A stretch of DNA of 32,000 nt from Crocosphaera sp. Lineage in GTDB: Bacteria; Cyanobacteriota; Cyanobacteriia; Cyanobacteriales; Microcystaceae. Positions 1-9,886 of the stretch are shown one piece after another. The stretch is from NCBI GenBank assembly GCA_030066295.1, contig JASJBX010000056.1, forward strand, positions 1 through 32,000. The letters run 5' to 3'. Position 1 is the first letter of the stretch. Every line of letters begins with the position of its first letter. The position numbers and the translations under genes were made by a program. Below the pieces are notes generated by a model that saw nothing but the letters and a program-made list of their open reading frames with translations, searched no databases and was not told the origin of the DNA.

Positions 1-2282
1 CCTAAATTAATCACTTTGTAACCATTATTGGAGAGGATAATATCAACTAAATTTTTACCGATATCATGGACATCTCCTTTCACCGTTGCAATGACAAATT
101 TTCCTTTTCCGCTATCATTACTTTCTCCTTCTTCCTTATCCATCAAAGGTTCTAGATAGGCAACAGCAGCTTTCATGGTTTGTGCAGATTGTAATACGAA
201 AGGTAACTGCATTTGTCCGGAACCAAATAACTCACCCACCACTTTCATTCCATCTAGTAAAAAGACGTTAATAATATCAAGGGGAGGATATTGTTTTAAC
301 GCTTCTGCCAGTGCATCTTCTAACCCTAACCGTTCTCCATCTATAATATGCTGTTTTAACCGTTCTTCTATAGGTAAATTAGCGGTTTTTGAAGGATCTT
401 TTTTAGTTGTTTTACCAGCAAACAATTCTGTTAACTTGGTTAGGGGATCATAAGTACATATCTCACCATCAAACTCCCGTAAGTCATAAATTAAATCATG
501 ACAAACTTTTTGATGTTCTTCTTCAATTTTTGCTAAGGGTAAAATTTTACTCGCACTAACAATAGCCCCATCTAATCCTACCTGCATACACTCGTATAAA
601 AACACTGAATTTAATACTTGTCTGGCCGCAGGATTTAAACCAAAAGAAATATTAGAAATACCTAAGAGTATATGACACCCCGGTAATTCTTCTCGAATCC
701 GTTTTATAGAGTCAACAGTAGCTTTTCCGTTTTCTCTATCCTCTTCTATCCCTGTCGAAATGGGTAACGCTAAAGGATCAAAAAAGATTTCATGAGCAGG
801 AATACCGTATTCTATGGCTGCATTATAAGCGCGTTTAGCAATTTCAAACTTCTTATCTGCGGTGCGTCCCATTCCCTCCTCATCAATGGTTCCTACTACC
901 ACACCAGCACCGTATTTCTTGGCTAATTCCAATACTTTAATGAAGCGTTCTTCTCCATCTTCGTAGTTAGTAGAATTGAGAATACATTTACCACCGGCAA
1001 CCTTTAGACCTGACTCCATTTTCTGCCATTCTGTGGAATCTAACATCAAAGGAAGGGTGATATTATTCACCAAACGAGAGGCCAAATCGTGCATATCTCG
1101 CACCCCATCTCGTCCCACATAATCCACGTTAACATCTAAAACATGCGCCCCTTCTTTTACCTGAGATTTTGCCAAGGAAACTAAACTATCCCAGTCTTCA
1201 GCATCCAATAACTTACGACATTTCTTAGAACCACTGGCGTTTAATCGTTCCCCAATAATTAAGAAGGAATTATCTTGAATATAGGGTTGAGTGCTATAAA
1301 TTGAAGCAGCGCAGGGTTCATAGTCAGGATGGCGTTGTTTAGGTTTTAATTCCTGAGAAAGTTCTGATAAAGATTTAATATGATCGGGACGAGTGCCACA
1401 ACATCCCCCAATAATTTGTACCCCTAAATCTTCGATAAAGTGCATTAACGCCATCTTTAATTCTATAGGAGTTAAACGATAATGAGCTTGTCCTCCCACA
1501 TTCTCAGGTAGCCCCGCATTGGGAATACAAGAAACAATAAAAGGAGAATGTTCTGATAAATATTTTATATGTTCCTTCATCTGTTCAGGACCCGTGGCGC
1601 AATTGAGTCCTAAAATATCTATTTTATAAGGTTCTAAAATAGCTAACGCTGCACTTATTTCGGTTCCTACTAACATCGTCCCCATGGTTTCCATGGTGAT
1701 AGAAACCATAATCGGTAAACGGTTTCCCTTCTTCTCAAAAACCGTCTCAACTGCGTTCAAAGCTGCTTTTATTTGCAGTACATCCTGACAAGTTTCAATG
1801 ATGAATAAATCTGCACCCCCATCGTATAACCCCTCTGCTTGCTCAAAGTAAGCGTCTCTAAGGGTATCAAAATCAATATGTCCTAACGTGGGTAACTTAG
1901 TCCCTGGACCCATAGAACCCGCCACAAAACGGGGTTTTTCGGGGGTAGAATATTCAGCAGCGATTTTTTTAGCGATTTCTGTCGCTTTTTTATTCAAATA
2001 GTACGCTTTATCCGCTAAATCATATTCTGCAAGGACAATGGAAGTCCCCCCAAAGGTGTCCGTTTCAATAACATCTGCACCCACCTCTAAAAACCCTCGG
2101 TGTACCTTTTCCACTGCTTCAGGTTTGGTATGCACTAAATATTCATTGCACCCTTCGTATTCGGGTCCTCCGAAGTCGTCTGCGGTCAAGTTTTGACTTT
2201 GTAAGGAGGTTCCCGTTGCACCGTCAAAGACGAGTACGGGACGGTTGGGACTGTTGAGATGGTTGAGGAAGGTACTATTCAT
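1..2282 (-). CDS. metH: Cobalamin-dependent methionine synthase MetH, N-terminal ~760 codons (3' end outside window)
   Basis: The minus-strand frame is open from the ATG (complement of 2280-2282) to the window edge. It is absent from the ORF track because it has no stop in the window. My translation begins [50 protein letters not shown]. It contains [11 protein letters not shown] (~1386-1418, Zn/homocysteine motif) and SCIPNAGLP (~1500-1540). At the edge it reads [27 protein letters not shown], the DxHxxG cobalamin-binding motif. Confidence 0.9.
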   Translation of the reverse strand, partial: MNSTFLNHLNSPNRPVLVFDGATGTSLQSQNLTADDFGGPEYEGCNEYLVHTKPEAVEKVHRGFLEVGADVIETDTFGGTSIVLAEYDLADKAYYLNKKATEIAKKIAAEYSTPEKPRFVAGSMGPGTKLPTLGHIDFDTLRDAYFEQAEGLYDGGADLFIIETCQDVLQIKAALNAVETVFEKKGNRLPIMVSITMETMGTMLVGTEISAALAILEPYKIDILGLNCATGPEQMKEHIKYLSEHSPFIVSCIPNAGLPENVGGQAHYRLTPIELKMALMHFIEDLGVQIIGGCCGTRPDHIKSLSELSQELKPKQRHPDYEPCAASIYSTQPYIQDNSFLIIGERLNASGSKKCRKLLDAEDWDSLVSLAKSQVKEGAHVLDVNVDYVGRDGVRDMHDLASRLVNNITLPLMLDSTEWQKMESGLKVAGGKCILNSTNYEDGEERFIKVLELAKKYGAGVVVGTIDEEGMGRTADKKFEIAKRAYNAAIEYGIPAHEIFFDPLALPISTGIEEDRENGKATVDSIKRIREELPGCHILLGISNISFGLNPAARQVLNSVFLYECMQVGLDGAIVSASKILPLAKIEEEHQKVCHDLIYDLREFDGEICTYDPLTKLTELFAGKTTKKDPSKTANLPIEERLKQHIIDGERLGLEDALAEALKQYPPLDIINVFLLDGMKVVGELFGSGQMQLPFVLQSAQTMKAAVAYLEPLMDKEEGESNDSGKGKFVIATVKGDVHDIGKNLVDIILSNNGYKVINL

Positions 2283-2593
2283 AGATGTGATAGAGTGGCA
2301 GATTTAAGGATTAAGATTTATTATAAAAAATATCTTAACTTAGGGAAAGCCTTTACCAACGCTCTATCCGTAAATCTTCTATACAATCTTAGTAATAGTT
2401 TCTTTTAATTCTTTTGCTTCTGAATCACTGAGAATACCTGCAAATTTTAAAGTATAACAGTGGGATCACCTTTGATAACTGTTTCTAGCTGTTGCGCTCT
2501 AGTAGCCACCTCAGAACTAAGCACACTCTTAGTGATGCTTATAAATCAAGTTAAAAACTCGATAAAATAATCAAAAATAGTTCTAGCTATTGT

Positions 2594-2924
2594 TTAGGAT
2601 TCTTCGTGCTTATTGTCTTTCGTAACAACAGTAATCAATCCTTTATCAGAGGAACAACCTTGCTCGGTAGTTTTAATCCCACTACCCCAAATATTGATCC
2701 TTCCCCAGCAGAGGTCTTTGATTTTACATCTGCTTCAGATAACTTTCTACTGCATGAAGTTGTTCTTTACCCAATGCTTCTATCTCCTCTTTTAAGTGAT
2801 CCCAATCTAATAATTGTACTTGGCGATCGCGTAATGCTTGGGATTGTTCAATTGTCCACTGATAAAAGTCTTCGTCATAAGTGACTGATTGGTTATGACC
2901 GATTTTAGTAGATGTTTGACTCAT
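2594..2924 (-). pseudogene. DUF29-family gene, apparently frameshifted and truncated
   Basis: The 66-aa ORF 2724-2924 (..YDEDFYQWTIEQSQALRDRQVQLLDWDHLKEEIEALGKEQ..) resembles the N-terminal half of cyanobacterial DUF29 proteins, which as I recall are about 140-150 aa. After its stop, family-like sequence seems to continue in another frame (CKIKDLCWGRINIWGSGIKTTEQGCSSDKGL) to a stop at 2594-2596. The comparison is from memory only. Confidence 0.45.
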
Positions 2925-2970
2925 GGATTCCTCTTTGATAATATGAACATCAATATTATATCTTAACTCC

Positions 2971-3900
2971 TTAAACTCTTTGTTGTTGTATTTCTTTAAT
3001 AATCAACAAAATAATAGCAACGATCAATGGTAAAAAGTAATAAATAGCTCGATAAGCAATTAATCCTCCTAAAATATCTGCTTGAGAAATTGTATTTGGA
3101 AGGGAAAATAAAATCACTGTTTCAAAAACCCCTAATCCCCCAGGAACACTACTAATTAAACCAGCAATTAATCCTAAAATATAAATTCCAAAAAAGCCAG
3201 GAAATGAAACAATTTTCGAGACAGGAAGCAATAAATATAAAACCCCTGAGGCAACTCCCCAATCTATTGCAGCAATACAAATAGAAGCTAAAGAGAGTTT
3301 ACTGGAAGGAAAATCAATCAACTCTGAACCAATTTTTAAAGGTTTTTTTCTAAAAAAACTAATTGTAAAGTAAATAGAAACTAACCCTAAAAAAAATAAA
3401 CCAATCGGATGTGCTGAGGTAAAAGGTAATTTCAGAATTTTGGGTAAACTTAAAGGATCGACCAAAAAAACAACCCCACTAACCCCTAATAATCCCACCC
3501 AAAAAGTTAAATTAGTAAAGACAATTAATTGAGCAATTTTTAGTTTAGAAATTCCCCAACCCCCATAAAAACGATAGCGGATAGCAGTCCCTGATAAGGC
3601 ACTAAAACCAAGAGTATTACCCACAGCATAACTAATAAAGGCAGTTATGATAATTTTAGAAGGTTTTAAGAAGTTATTGATATAATAAAACCCTAAAAAA
3701 TCGTAACCCGTCATGATTAAATACCCTAAACTGGTTAAGGCAATTACCCCTATTTTACGAATTGTGGTAAGATTACCTAAATAGTGTAGAATCTCAGCAG
3801 GATTATGGTCTTTAAACTCATGACTAATGGCAACCAAAGAAAGGGTTAATAAAGAAACCGCTAAGAGAATAGGCAAACATTGGATAAAACGCCGAACCAT
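2971..3900 (-). CDS. Polytopic membrane protein, UPF0104 / lysylphosphatidylglycerol-synthase-TM (flippase-like) family
   Basis: A 309-aa ORF with about 8 hydrophobic helices. The segment AFISYAVGNTLGFSALSGTAIRYRFYGGWG resembles the conserved core of the YbhN/MprF-N-terminal family. Confidence 0.6.
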   Translation of the reverse strand: MVRRFIQCLPILLAVSLLTLSLVAISHEFKDHNPAEILHYLGNLTTIRKIGVIALTSLGYLIMTGYDFLGFYYINNFLKPSKIIITAFISYAVGNTLGFSALSGTAIRYRFYGGWGISKLKIAQLIVFTNLTFWVGLLGVSGVVFLVDPLSLPKILKLPFTSAHPIGLFFLGLVSIYFTISFFRKKPLKIGSELIDFPSSKLSLASICIAAIDWGVASGVLYLLLPVSKIVSFPGFFGIYILGLIAGLISSVPGGLGVFETVILFSLPNTISQADILGGLIAYRAIYYFLPLIVAIILLIIKEIQQQRV

Positions 3901-3994
3901 GAGATAATTTAGTAAATTGAAACGACTGGTTTTGTTATTATAATAATCAAGACACCTATATTACCTTAAAGACCACAAGTTGAGGAAATGATGA

Positions 3995-4444
3995 ATGTTA
4001 CAGTTTATAAAAAACTACGCGATCGCTATAATAATAGGGAGTATATTCTCCTTATTCATTAGCTTATGGAGTCAACCAGCATTAGCGTTAACTAATATTG
4101 ATTTATTCGATATCTCCTATAAAGATTGTCCCCCAGAATTAGCAGAAGGAAACGTTACTAGTGGGGGTTCCAGTCTGCCGGCCGATTGCTATATTATCAC
4201 AGGAAAAGCGAAGAATACATCCGGTAAAACCGTCTATGATGCTGATGTATTTGGACGCATTTTAGATGCGAACAATGAACCTGCTTTACAAAATAGAAGT
4301 CGCGTGGGTTCCATTGCAGAAGTTCCGCCAGGAGTGAGTGATTTTGAAGTGAGAATTACAGTTCCTGCCAATCAACCCACTCCCTTAAAATTAAAGAAAT
4401 TTAAAGCATCTGGGTTTACCACGAAAGTAACCCCGATTTTTTAA
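3995..4444 (+). CDS. Hypothetical exported protein
   Basis: A 149-aa ORF with a signal-like N-terminus (IAIIIGSIFSLFISLWSQPALA/LT). Codon usage matches the neighbours. I recognise no family. Confidence 0.6.
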   Translation: MLQFIKNYAIAIIIGSIFSLFISLWSQPALALTNIDLFDISYKDCPPELAEGNVTSGGSSLPADCYIITGKAKNTSGKTVYDADVFGRILDANNEPALQNRSRVGSIAEVPPGVSDFEVRITVPANQPTPLKLKKFKASGFTTKVTPIF

Positions 4445-4451
4445 ATTCCTC

Positions 4452-4477
4452 AAGGCCCCATGGCGTAATGGGGTCTT
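4452..4477. terminator. Hairpin between convergent genes (possible bidirectional terminator)
   Basis: AAGGCCCCA (4452-4460) pairs with TGGGGTCTT (4469-4477) over 9 bp including one G-U, with an 8-nt loop. It sits between the stops of the 3995-4444 (+) and yggT (-) genes. The U-tract is weak. Confidence 0.4.
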
Positions 4478-4488
4478 GTTTCAAAACC

Positions 4489-4776
4489 TTAAAAGCCTGT
4501 AGAAACAGGAGCAAGACTAGCCAACATTCTTGCTACAAATTGTAAAGCAAAAATAGCTAAAATAGCTGAGAAATCGATACCACCCAATGGGGGAATAATG
4601 GAACGAAAAATATTAAGATAAGGATCGGTAATGGGGCTTAAAAAAGACATGGCATTCATCGCCCATTCTGCGCTTTGAAACCACGATAAGAGAATGCGAA
4701 CAAAGATTAATACCAAATAGATATTGAGAAATGCGGTCAGGGTTTGAAAAATTAATAGGGTAATGGTAGTATCCAT
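4489..4776 (-). CDS. yggT: YggT/Ycf19 family membrane protein
   Basis: 95 aa with two TM segments. The motif ILLSWF...DPYLNIFRSIIPPLGGIDFSAILA is typical of the YggT family. Confidence 0.85.
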   Translation of the reverse strand: MDTTITLLIFQTLTAFLNIYLVLIFVRILLSWFQSAEWAMNAMSFLSPITDPYLNIFRSIIPPLGGIDFSAILAIFALQFVARMLASLAPVSTGF

Positions 4777-4890
4777 AATGAACTATTTTCCTGATAAATA
4801 AGAGAGCTACTAATTGATCTTATATCAAATTTTGATTAAATGTAACTTCTTCGAGTTCATGGTTCGGTCTTGAGTCAGAGAAAAATGAGT

Positions 4891-6495
4891 TTACCAATCG
4901 TCCTCCTCTTCTTCTAACACAGCCTTTTGTTGTAGAGGGGGTTGTTTTGAGGGGATTGTGTCTTCTATCTCTTCTTGCCAACTGTCTGATAAGGGTTGCA
5001 CCACTTTGGTAATCGCATCTTGAACAAAGGCTTTGAGAAATTCATCCTTGCGACTCAGTTGAAACTGTCGTTGTACCACTTCTGTTATGCCTCCATCACC
5101 CCAATCTTGATCTTGACGGAAATACTCAACGAAACTTTTACCAGCAATACGGGTTAAGTAAGCTGCACTCACCCCTTGAATCATTTTGCCCACTAAGTAG
5201 GTTGCTATATTTAACTGTAAGGCTTTTCCTAATAGATCAATCGCCCCTTTAACCACTCCTAAACTGACTAAGGTTTTGCCTAAAGATAAAGCTAATTCTT
5301 TCCCGCGATCGCTATTAATATCACAGCCATAAACTTGTCCAATTTCTATTACCATTTGGGCATTAACGGCAGCCGTTGCTAACATATCCACCACGGGTAA
5401 AGGGGTTACTGCAATCACCCCTGCACTAATCCATTGATAACGTTCAATAATCTGATTACTTTGGCGTTTGCGTTGCCGATCAACGAGTTGTCTAGCTTCT
5501 TCTCCTAACCGTTGAGATTGCAATAAAATGTTATCAGCAATTAAATCTTCTCCTTCTGCCCGTAAAATCCCTGCTAGTCTTTTGATTAAGGGAAGAATGT
5601 CAGGAGAGGGTTGAATCTTTTGACCAGTTTCTGACGGAAAAGTCTGGGGATTAGCTGCGATAGAAATAATGTCTTGTTCGGGGATAAATGTTTTCACTCT
5701 TTCTTTTAACTGTTGTCGGATTTGGTTCATTTCTTCTTCGGTATAAAGATCAATTTTATTGAAAATAAGTAGCGATCGCTTACCAATATCCACTAAAATT
5801 TGTAAAGGTTTATATTCCGATTGTCTTAAATCGTTATCAACAACGAATAATAATAAATCGGCTTCTGTTGCTAATTGTCTCGCTATTTCTTCCCTTTCGG
5901 TGCCTTCTACTCCTGCTTCTAGGATACCAGGGGTATCTGTAATTAATATTGTTCTAGATAAACCTTTTAATTTGAGACGATAGGTTTCTCCTACTTTTGT
6001 GGTTCCCATTGTTCCTTCAACTTGACCGATAATTTCTCCAAATAAGGCATTAACTAGGGAGGTTTTTCCGGCTGATCCTGTGCCAAAAATAACAACTTTC
6101 AACTCTCCTCTGTTTAAATTTTCTGCAATTTCTTGAGAACGAGTTAAGAGAGCTTGTTGAGTAACTTTATCTTGTATTGTCTCTACTTGTCGACGAATTG
6201 CCTTTAAGTTTTCTTGAGCAGCTTCTGTTTTTTGCTCGGGTAATTTTAGGTTAGCATAACGCTGCTGGCGACGATGATTTGTTTTACGGGATGAGAAAAA
6301 ATTAAAATAATAAATAAAAGCATAAATCAGTAATCCTAATAATCCCATGATCAGGAAAATAAGAAAATTAGCTAATAGAGGAGCCGTAAAAGAAATGGAT
6401 ATATAAAGACGGTATATAGAGTTTATTAACCAAATAATTAAGCCAAGAATTATACTTAAACCAATAATTAAAATAATTAGACGAGGAAGAGGCAT
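4891..6495 (-). CDS. Membrane-anchored GTP-binding protein with DUF697-like C-terminal domain
   Basis: 534 aa with an N-terminal TM pair. It carries a P-loop GTGSAGKTS, DTPG and NKID (G1/G3/G4). The C-terminal hydrophobic region ERYQWISAGVIAVTPLPVVDMLATAAVNAQMV is like the DUF697/YcjF family. Confidence 0.75.
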   Translation of the reverse strand: MPLPRLIILIIGLSIILGLIIWLINSIYRLYISISFTAPLLANFLIFLIMGLLGLLIYAFIYYFNFFSSRKTNHRRQQRYANLKLPEQKTEAAQENLKAIRRQVETIQDKVTQQALLTRSQEIAENLNRGELKVVIFGTGSAGKTSLVNALFGEIIGQVEGTMGTTKVGETYRLKLKGLSRTILITDTPGILEAGVEGTEREEIARQLATEADLLLFVVDNDLRQSEYKPLQILVDIGKRSLLIFNKIDLYTEEEMNQIRQQLKERVKTFIPEQDIISIAANPQTFPSETGQKIQPSPDILPLIKRLAGILRAEGEDLIADNILLQSQRLGEEARQLVDRQRKRQSNQIIERYQWISAGVIAVTPLPVVDMLATAAVNAQMVIEIGQVYGCDINSDRGKELALSLGKTLVSLGVVKGAIDLLGKALQLNIATYLVGKMIQGVSAAYLTRIAGKSFVEYFRQDQDWGDGGITEVVQRQFQLSRKDEFLKAFVQDAITKVVQPLSDSWQEEIEDTIPSKQPPLQQKAVLEEEEDDW

Positions 6496-6685
6496 AGACT
6501 AAAATCCATTATTTAATAGTTAGTTAAATAAGCTAATAACAAGAGTTATAACACATACGTTAAAATACTAAACTTGAATAGTTTTTGATAATTAATAATT
6601 CTTTTTTTTTGCTCTTGTTTATCCTTATCCTGTTATTTTAACCAACATAACATATAATTTTAAATTATAAATTTAGAGCTTTCCT

Positions 6686-7183
6686 ATGTTTAGACCCCAA
6701 AAAATACAACCAAAAGAAGGCCAAGAATCCGTTTGGGACTATCCCCGGCCTCCCCGTTTAGAACCCTGTGACAAACAGATTAAAATCATCTTTAACGGTG
6801 TGACTATCGTTGATACAAAAAAAGCCTATCGTGTCTTAGAAACTTCTCATCCCCCCACTTACTATATCCCTCCCGAAGACATCAAAATGGAATATTTACA
6901 ACCCGCCGAAAAAGGTTCTTTTTGTGAATGGAAAGGCCCAGGAAACTATTACACCCTTACTGTAAACGATAAACAAGCGATTAACGTAGCTTGGTATTAC
7001 CCCAACCCCACCCCAGCATTTGCCGATATTAAAAATTATGTGGCATTTTACGCCGAACCCATGGATGAGTGTTTGGTCAATGGGGAAACCGTAACCCCTC
7101 AACCCGGAAACTTCTATGGAGGATGGATCACTTCCGATATCGTCGGACCCTTTAAAGGAGGGCCAGGAAGTTGGGGATGGTAA
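6686..7183 (+). CDS. DUF427 domain protein
   Basis: 165 aa. ESVWDYPRPPRLE, HPPTYYIP and SFCEWKG match the DUF427 pattern as I recall it. Confidence 0.8.
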   Translation: MFRPQKIQPKEGQESVWDYPRPPRLEPCDKQIKIIFNGVTIVDTKKAYRVLETSHPPTYYIPPEDIKMEYLQPAEKGSFCEWKGPGNYYTLTVNDKQAINVAWYYPNPTPAFADIKNYVAFYAEPMDECLVNGETVTPQPGNFYGGWITSDIVGPFKGGPGSWGW

Positions 7184-7201
7184 TTATGAGTGTGGGGTGA
7201 C

Positions 7202-7240
7202 GGGGAGATGGGGAGATGGGGAGATGGGGAGATGGGGAGA
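7202..7240 (+). repeat. Tandem octamer (GGGGAGAT) x4.9, a G-quadruplex-type motif
   Basis: Read directly: units at 7202, 7210, 7218 and 7226, plus a partial unit at 7234-7240. This gives five GGGG tracts separated by AGAT. Confidence 0.95.
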
Positions 7241-7557
7241 CAGATATTAACGCTGAACTCCCGCCGCCTGCCCTTCTTTAACTTTACGGCGTATAGTCAA
7301 ATTTATGATAGAATGTCTTTGGTTGAGATCCCCGACCCCCTACTGCGTAGGCTAGGCAACCCTAGAGGCAAAGCGTTCCGAGAAGGTCAAAACTAAGAAC
7401 CTGTGGTGGCGAAAACACAGCAAAAACAGCTAGGGAAACGTGATTGAGTACCAAAGCTAAAATAAACCCAAATTCTCAATAAACAGTATCGGAGGGCATC
7501 CGAAAACTGAGGCCAACCACCTGAACGACTGGGTACAGCCCCGCCTATGGCTACCTG

Positions 7558-7611
7558 CTGCGAAAGTGGAGATAGTTAAGCGGTCTGGATAAGCCAGTAA
7601 TCCTTTCGCAG
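7558..7611 (+). other. Stem-loop in the argC leader: perfect 9-bp stem enclosing 36 nt with an inner hairpin
   Basis: CTGCGAAAG (7558-7566) is the exact reverse complement of CTTTCGCAG (7603-7611). The inner hairpin is CTGG-ATAAG-CCAG (7585-7597). The strand is assumed from the argC orientation. Confidence 0.5.
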
Positions 7612-7701
7612 TGATGGAAAGGAAAATCCGCTCAATTCAGGGAGTGGAGTATGTCAAAATGCGGTCAATGTTAGTCTTAATGAGAAGCTTATTAGGAATC
7701 A

Positions 7702-8766
7702 ATGGATATGGGTGAGTCAGAAAAAATATCAGTGGGAATTATTGGTGCTTCGGGATATGGAGGCGTTCAATTAGTTAGACTTCTGCAAGAACACCCCCTT
7801 GTAGAAATTGCTTACTTAGGGGGAAAAGGCAGTGCTGGTCAAGCCTACGCTGAATTATATCCCCATTTAGGCCATGTGGTGGATTTGACCATTGAACCCA
7901 TTGATGTTGAGGCCATCGCTTCCCGTTGTCAGGTGGTATTTTTAGGACTCCCCAACGGCCTCGCTTGTGATCTAGCTCCCCCATTAATCGAAAAAGGGTG
8001 TAAAGTACTAGACCTATCAGCCGATTATCGCTTCAAAAATTTAGAAACCTATACCAGTTGGTACAATAAAGACCGTAACGACCTAGACACAGCAAAAACG
8101 GCTGTTTACGGGCTTCCAGAATTATATCGTGATCAAATCAAAGAAGCAGATTTGATCGGCTGTCCAGGTTGTTATCCTACCGCCAGTTTAATGGCCCTGT
8201 CTCCCTTACTCAAACAAGGGTTAATCTTACCCGAAACCACCATTATTGATGCCAAGTCAGGAACCTCCGGGGGCGGAAGACAGGCCAAAACCCATCTGTT
8301 GTTAGCAGAAGCAGAAGGATCGTTTGGGGCTTATGGAGTAGCCAAACACCGCCATACCCCAGAAATCGAGCAAGTTTGTTCTGATTTAGCCGGTCACGAC
8401 GTAAAAGTTCAATTTACCCCCCATTTACTGCCCATGGTTCGAGGCATTTTATCAACGGTTTACGCCACCCTCAGAGATCCGGGACTCGTCAGAGAGGATT
8501 TATTGACCATTTACAGTGCCTTTTATCGTTCCTCTCCTTTCGTCAAAATTTTGCCTAACGGGGTTTATCCGCAAACAAAATGGGCTTGTGGGACTAATTT
8601 ATGTTACTTGGGTATCGAAACCGATCCCCGTACCGATCGCGTGATTGTTCTTTCTGCTATTGATAACCTCATCAAAGGACAAGCGGGACAAGCGGTACAA
8701 TGTCTAAACATTATGATGGGATGGGAAGAAACCCTAGGGTTGCCTCAACTGTGTTTTTATCCTTAA
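7702..8766 (+). CDS. argC: N-acetyl-gamma-glutamyl-phosphate reductase
   Basis: 354 aa. The N-terminus is [17 protein letters not shown], the catalytic Cys motif is GCPGCYPTA, and the C-terminal region is [14 protein letters not shown]. Confidence 0.95.
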   Translation: MDMGESEKISVGIIGASGYGGVQLVRLLQEHPLVEIAYLGGKGSAGQAYAELYPHLGHVVDLTIEPIDVEAIASRCQVVFLGLPNGLACDLAPPLIEKGCKVLDLSADYRFKNLETYTSWYNKDRNDLDTAKTAVYGLPELYRDQIKEADLIGCPGCYPTASLMALSPLLKQGLILPETTIIDAKSGTSGGGRQAKTHLLLAEAEGSFGAYGVAKHRHTPEIEQVCSDLAGHDVKVQFTPHLLPMVRGILSTVYATLRDPGLVREDLLTIYSAFYRSSPFVKILPNGVYPQTKWACGTNLCYLGIETDPRTDRVIVLSAIDNLIKGQAGQAVQCLNIMMGWEETLGLPQLCFYP

Positions 8767-9281
8767 ATATTATTTCTTAACCCACATAATCCTGCATAAC
8801 CAATAGCGATCGCATCGACACTATCATCGATGGGCAATTTATCTAAATTAAACAACGTTCTAACCATTGCGGCGACTTCTTTTTTCTTCGCTTTTCCGTC
8901 TCCTAGATGGCATTTCCAACTGGCTTGATGAAGAAAAATCGGCTCAATATTAGCCTCTCGATAACAGACTAAATTAATCACCCCTAACGCTTGCATAACC
9001 CCTCCTGCTGCCTTAATCGTACGGTTAAAAAAGGGCATTTCGATCGCAATACCTTGAGGGTTAAATTCCCTTAGTAATTCTCTTAAATCTTCTTCTATTT
9101 CTAGAAGTCTTTGGGAAGTGGATAACTGTTTATTGGTTTCAACAGTTCCATAGTCAATAATTGTAGGCAGTTGTTGGTCATTTTCTTGTAAAATTGCCCA
9201 TCCAACTATAGCCAATCCTGGATCAATTCCTAACCAAGTTTTTTGGGACATTTTTTGCTGGTTATCCCCCATTTTTATCAA
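8763..9281 (-). CDS. ruvC: Crossover junction endodeoxyribonuclease RuvC
   Basis: [24 protein letters not shown] and [13 protein letters not shown] are RuvC catalytic-region motifs. The true start is probably the Met of MSQKTW (9251) rather than 9281. Confidence 0.85.
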   Translation of the reverse strand: MIKMGDNQQKMSQKTWLGIDPGLAIVGWAILQENDQQLPTIIDYGTVETNKQLSTSQRLLEIEEDLRELLREFNPQGIAIEMPFFNRTIKAAGGVMQALGVINLVCYREANIEPIFLHQASWKCHLGDGKAKKKEVAAMVRTLFNLDKLPIDDSVDAIAIGYAGLCGLRNNI

Positions 9282-9292
9282 AATAATAGTCT

Positions 9293-9862
9293 CTAGTTAT
9301 TAATGAATTCTAATCCCATAAAAATCGTAGAAATAGTTCCAGCCACACAAATTTCTCCCGACATAATTTTCTTGGTAACATCTTTTATCGGTACTAAAAC
9401 TATTTCTATTTCTTCTGTAATATCTAACTCTATTTTTCCTGTTTGTTCAACATTTAACCCTAAAAAAATGTGAATTTTATTATCATCTTTGACTGGGTTA
9501 TCATAAATGGTGGTCATAAACACTAATTCTTGAGCAATATAAGCCGTTTCTTCCTCTAGTTCCCGTTTAGCCGCGCTCAAACTATCCTCCTTTTCAGGGT
9601 CAAATGTTCCTGCAGGTAGTTCGAGTAAAATCTCTTGAACCCCATGACGATATTGACGAACAAAAACAATTTCGTTATTAGGAGTAATGGGTAAGATTAA
9701 AGCAATTTCAGGGCGAACATTAACAAAATAATCATCAACAATAGTGCCATCGGATAACTCTACTTGATCTTGTCGCACTCGACACCATTGATTATCAATA
9801 ATAAAATCAGACTTAAGAATTTTCCACTTTTGAAGAGTCATATTTTTAAGAGGGTGTAACAC
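9293..9862 (-). CDS. Nudix hydrolase (ADP-ribose pyrophosphatase-like)
   Basis: 189 aa with the Nudix box GTFDPEKEDSLSAAKRELEEETAY. Confidence 0.85.
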   Translation of the reverse strand: MLHPLKNMTLQKWKILKSDFIIDNQWCRVRQDQVELSDGTIVDDYFVNVRPEIALILPITPNNEIVFVRQYRHGVQEILLELPAGTFDPEKEDSLSAAKRELEEETAYIAQELVFMTTIYDNPVKDDNKIHIFLGLNVEQTGKIELDITEEIEIVLVPIKDVTKKIMSGEICVAGTISTIFMGLEFINN

Positions 9863-9886
9863 TTAGCTTTTTGCTGACTTCTGACT

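Noticed and set aside
175-453. 92-aa plus-strand ORF
   Set aside because: It lies fully antisense inside the metH reading frame. It is Cys/Asn/Ser-rich and matches no family.
2283-2400. Possible riboswitch in the metH leader
   Set aside because: The region is short and AT-rich with no recognisable conserved core. Only a TATAAT-like hexamer (complement of 2320-2325) is present, with no -35.
2606-2884. Two plus-strand ORFs (92 and 60 aa)
   Set aside because: They are antisense to the DUF29-like sequence. They are low-complexity and nothing supports them.
7321-7340. tRNA T-arm-like string GGTTGAGATCCCCGACC
   Set aside because: There is no acceptor stem, D-arm or anticodon arm around it. It looks like part of a short interspersed repeat.
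7190-7396. 68-aa ORF MWGDGEMGRWGDGEMGR...
   Set aside because: The N-terminus is just the translation of the GGGGAGAT tandem repeat. The rest runs through small hairpin repeats, and the start is not a canonical ATG context.
7430-7510. ykkC/guanidine-like fragments (CTAGGGAAACG, CGGAGGGCA)
   Set aside because: Only a few nucleotides resemble the consensus. The conserved GGUCCGAGAG and ACGR..GGGA..CCCGGGAG blocks are absent.
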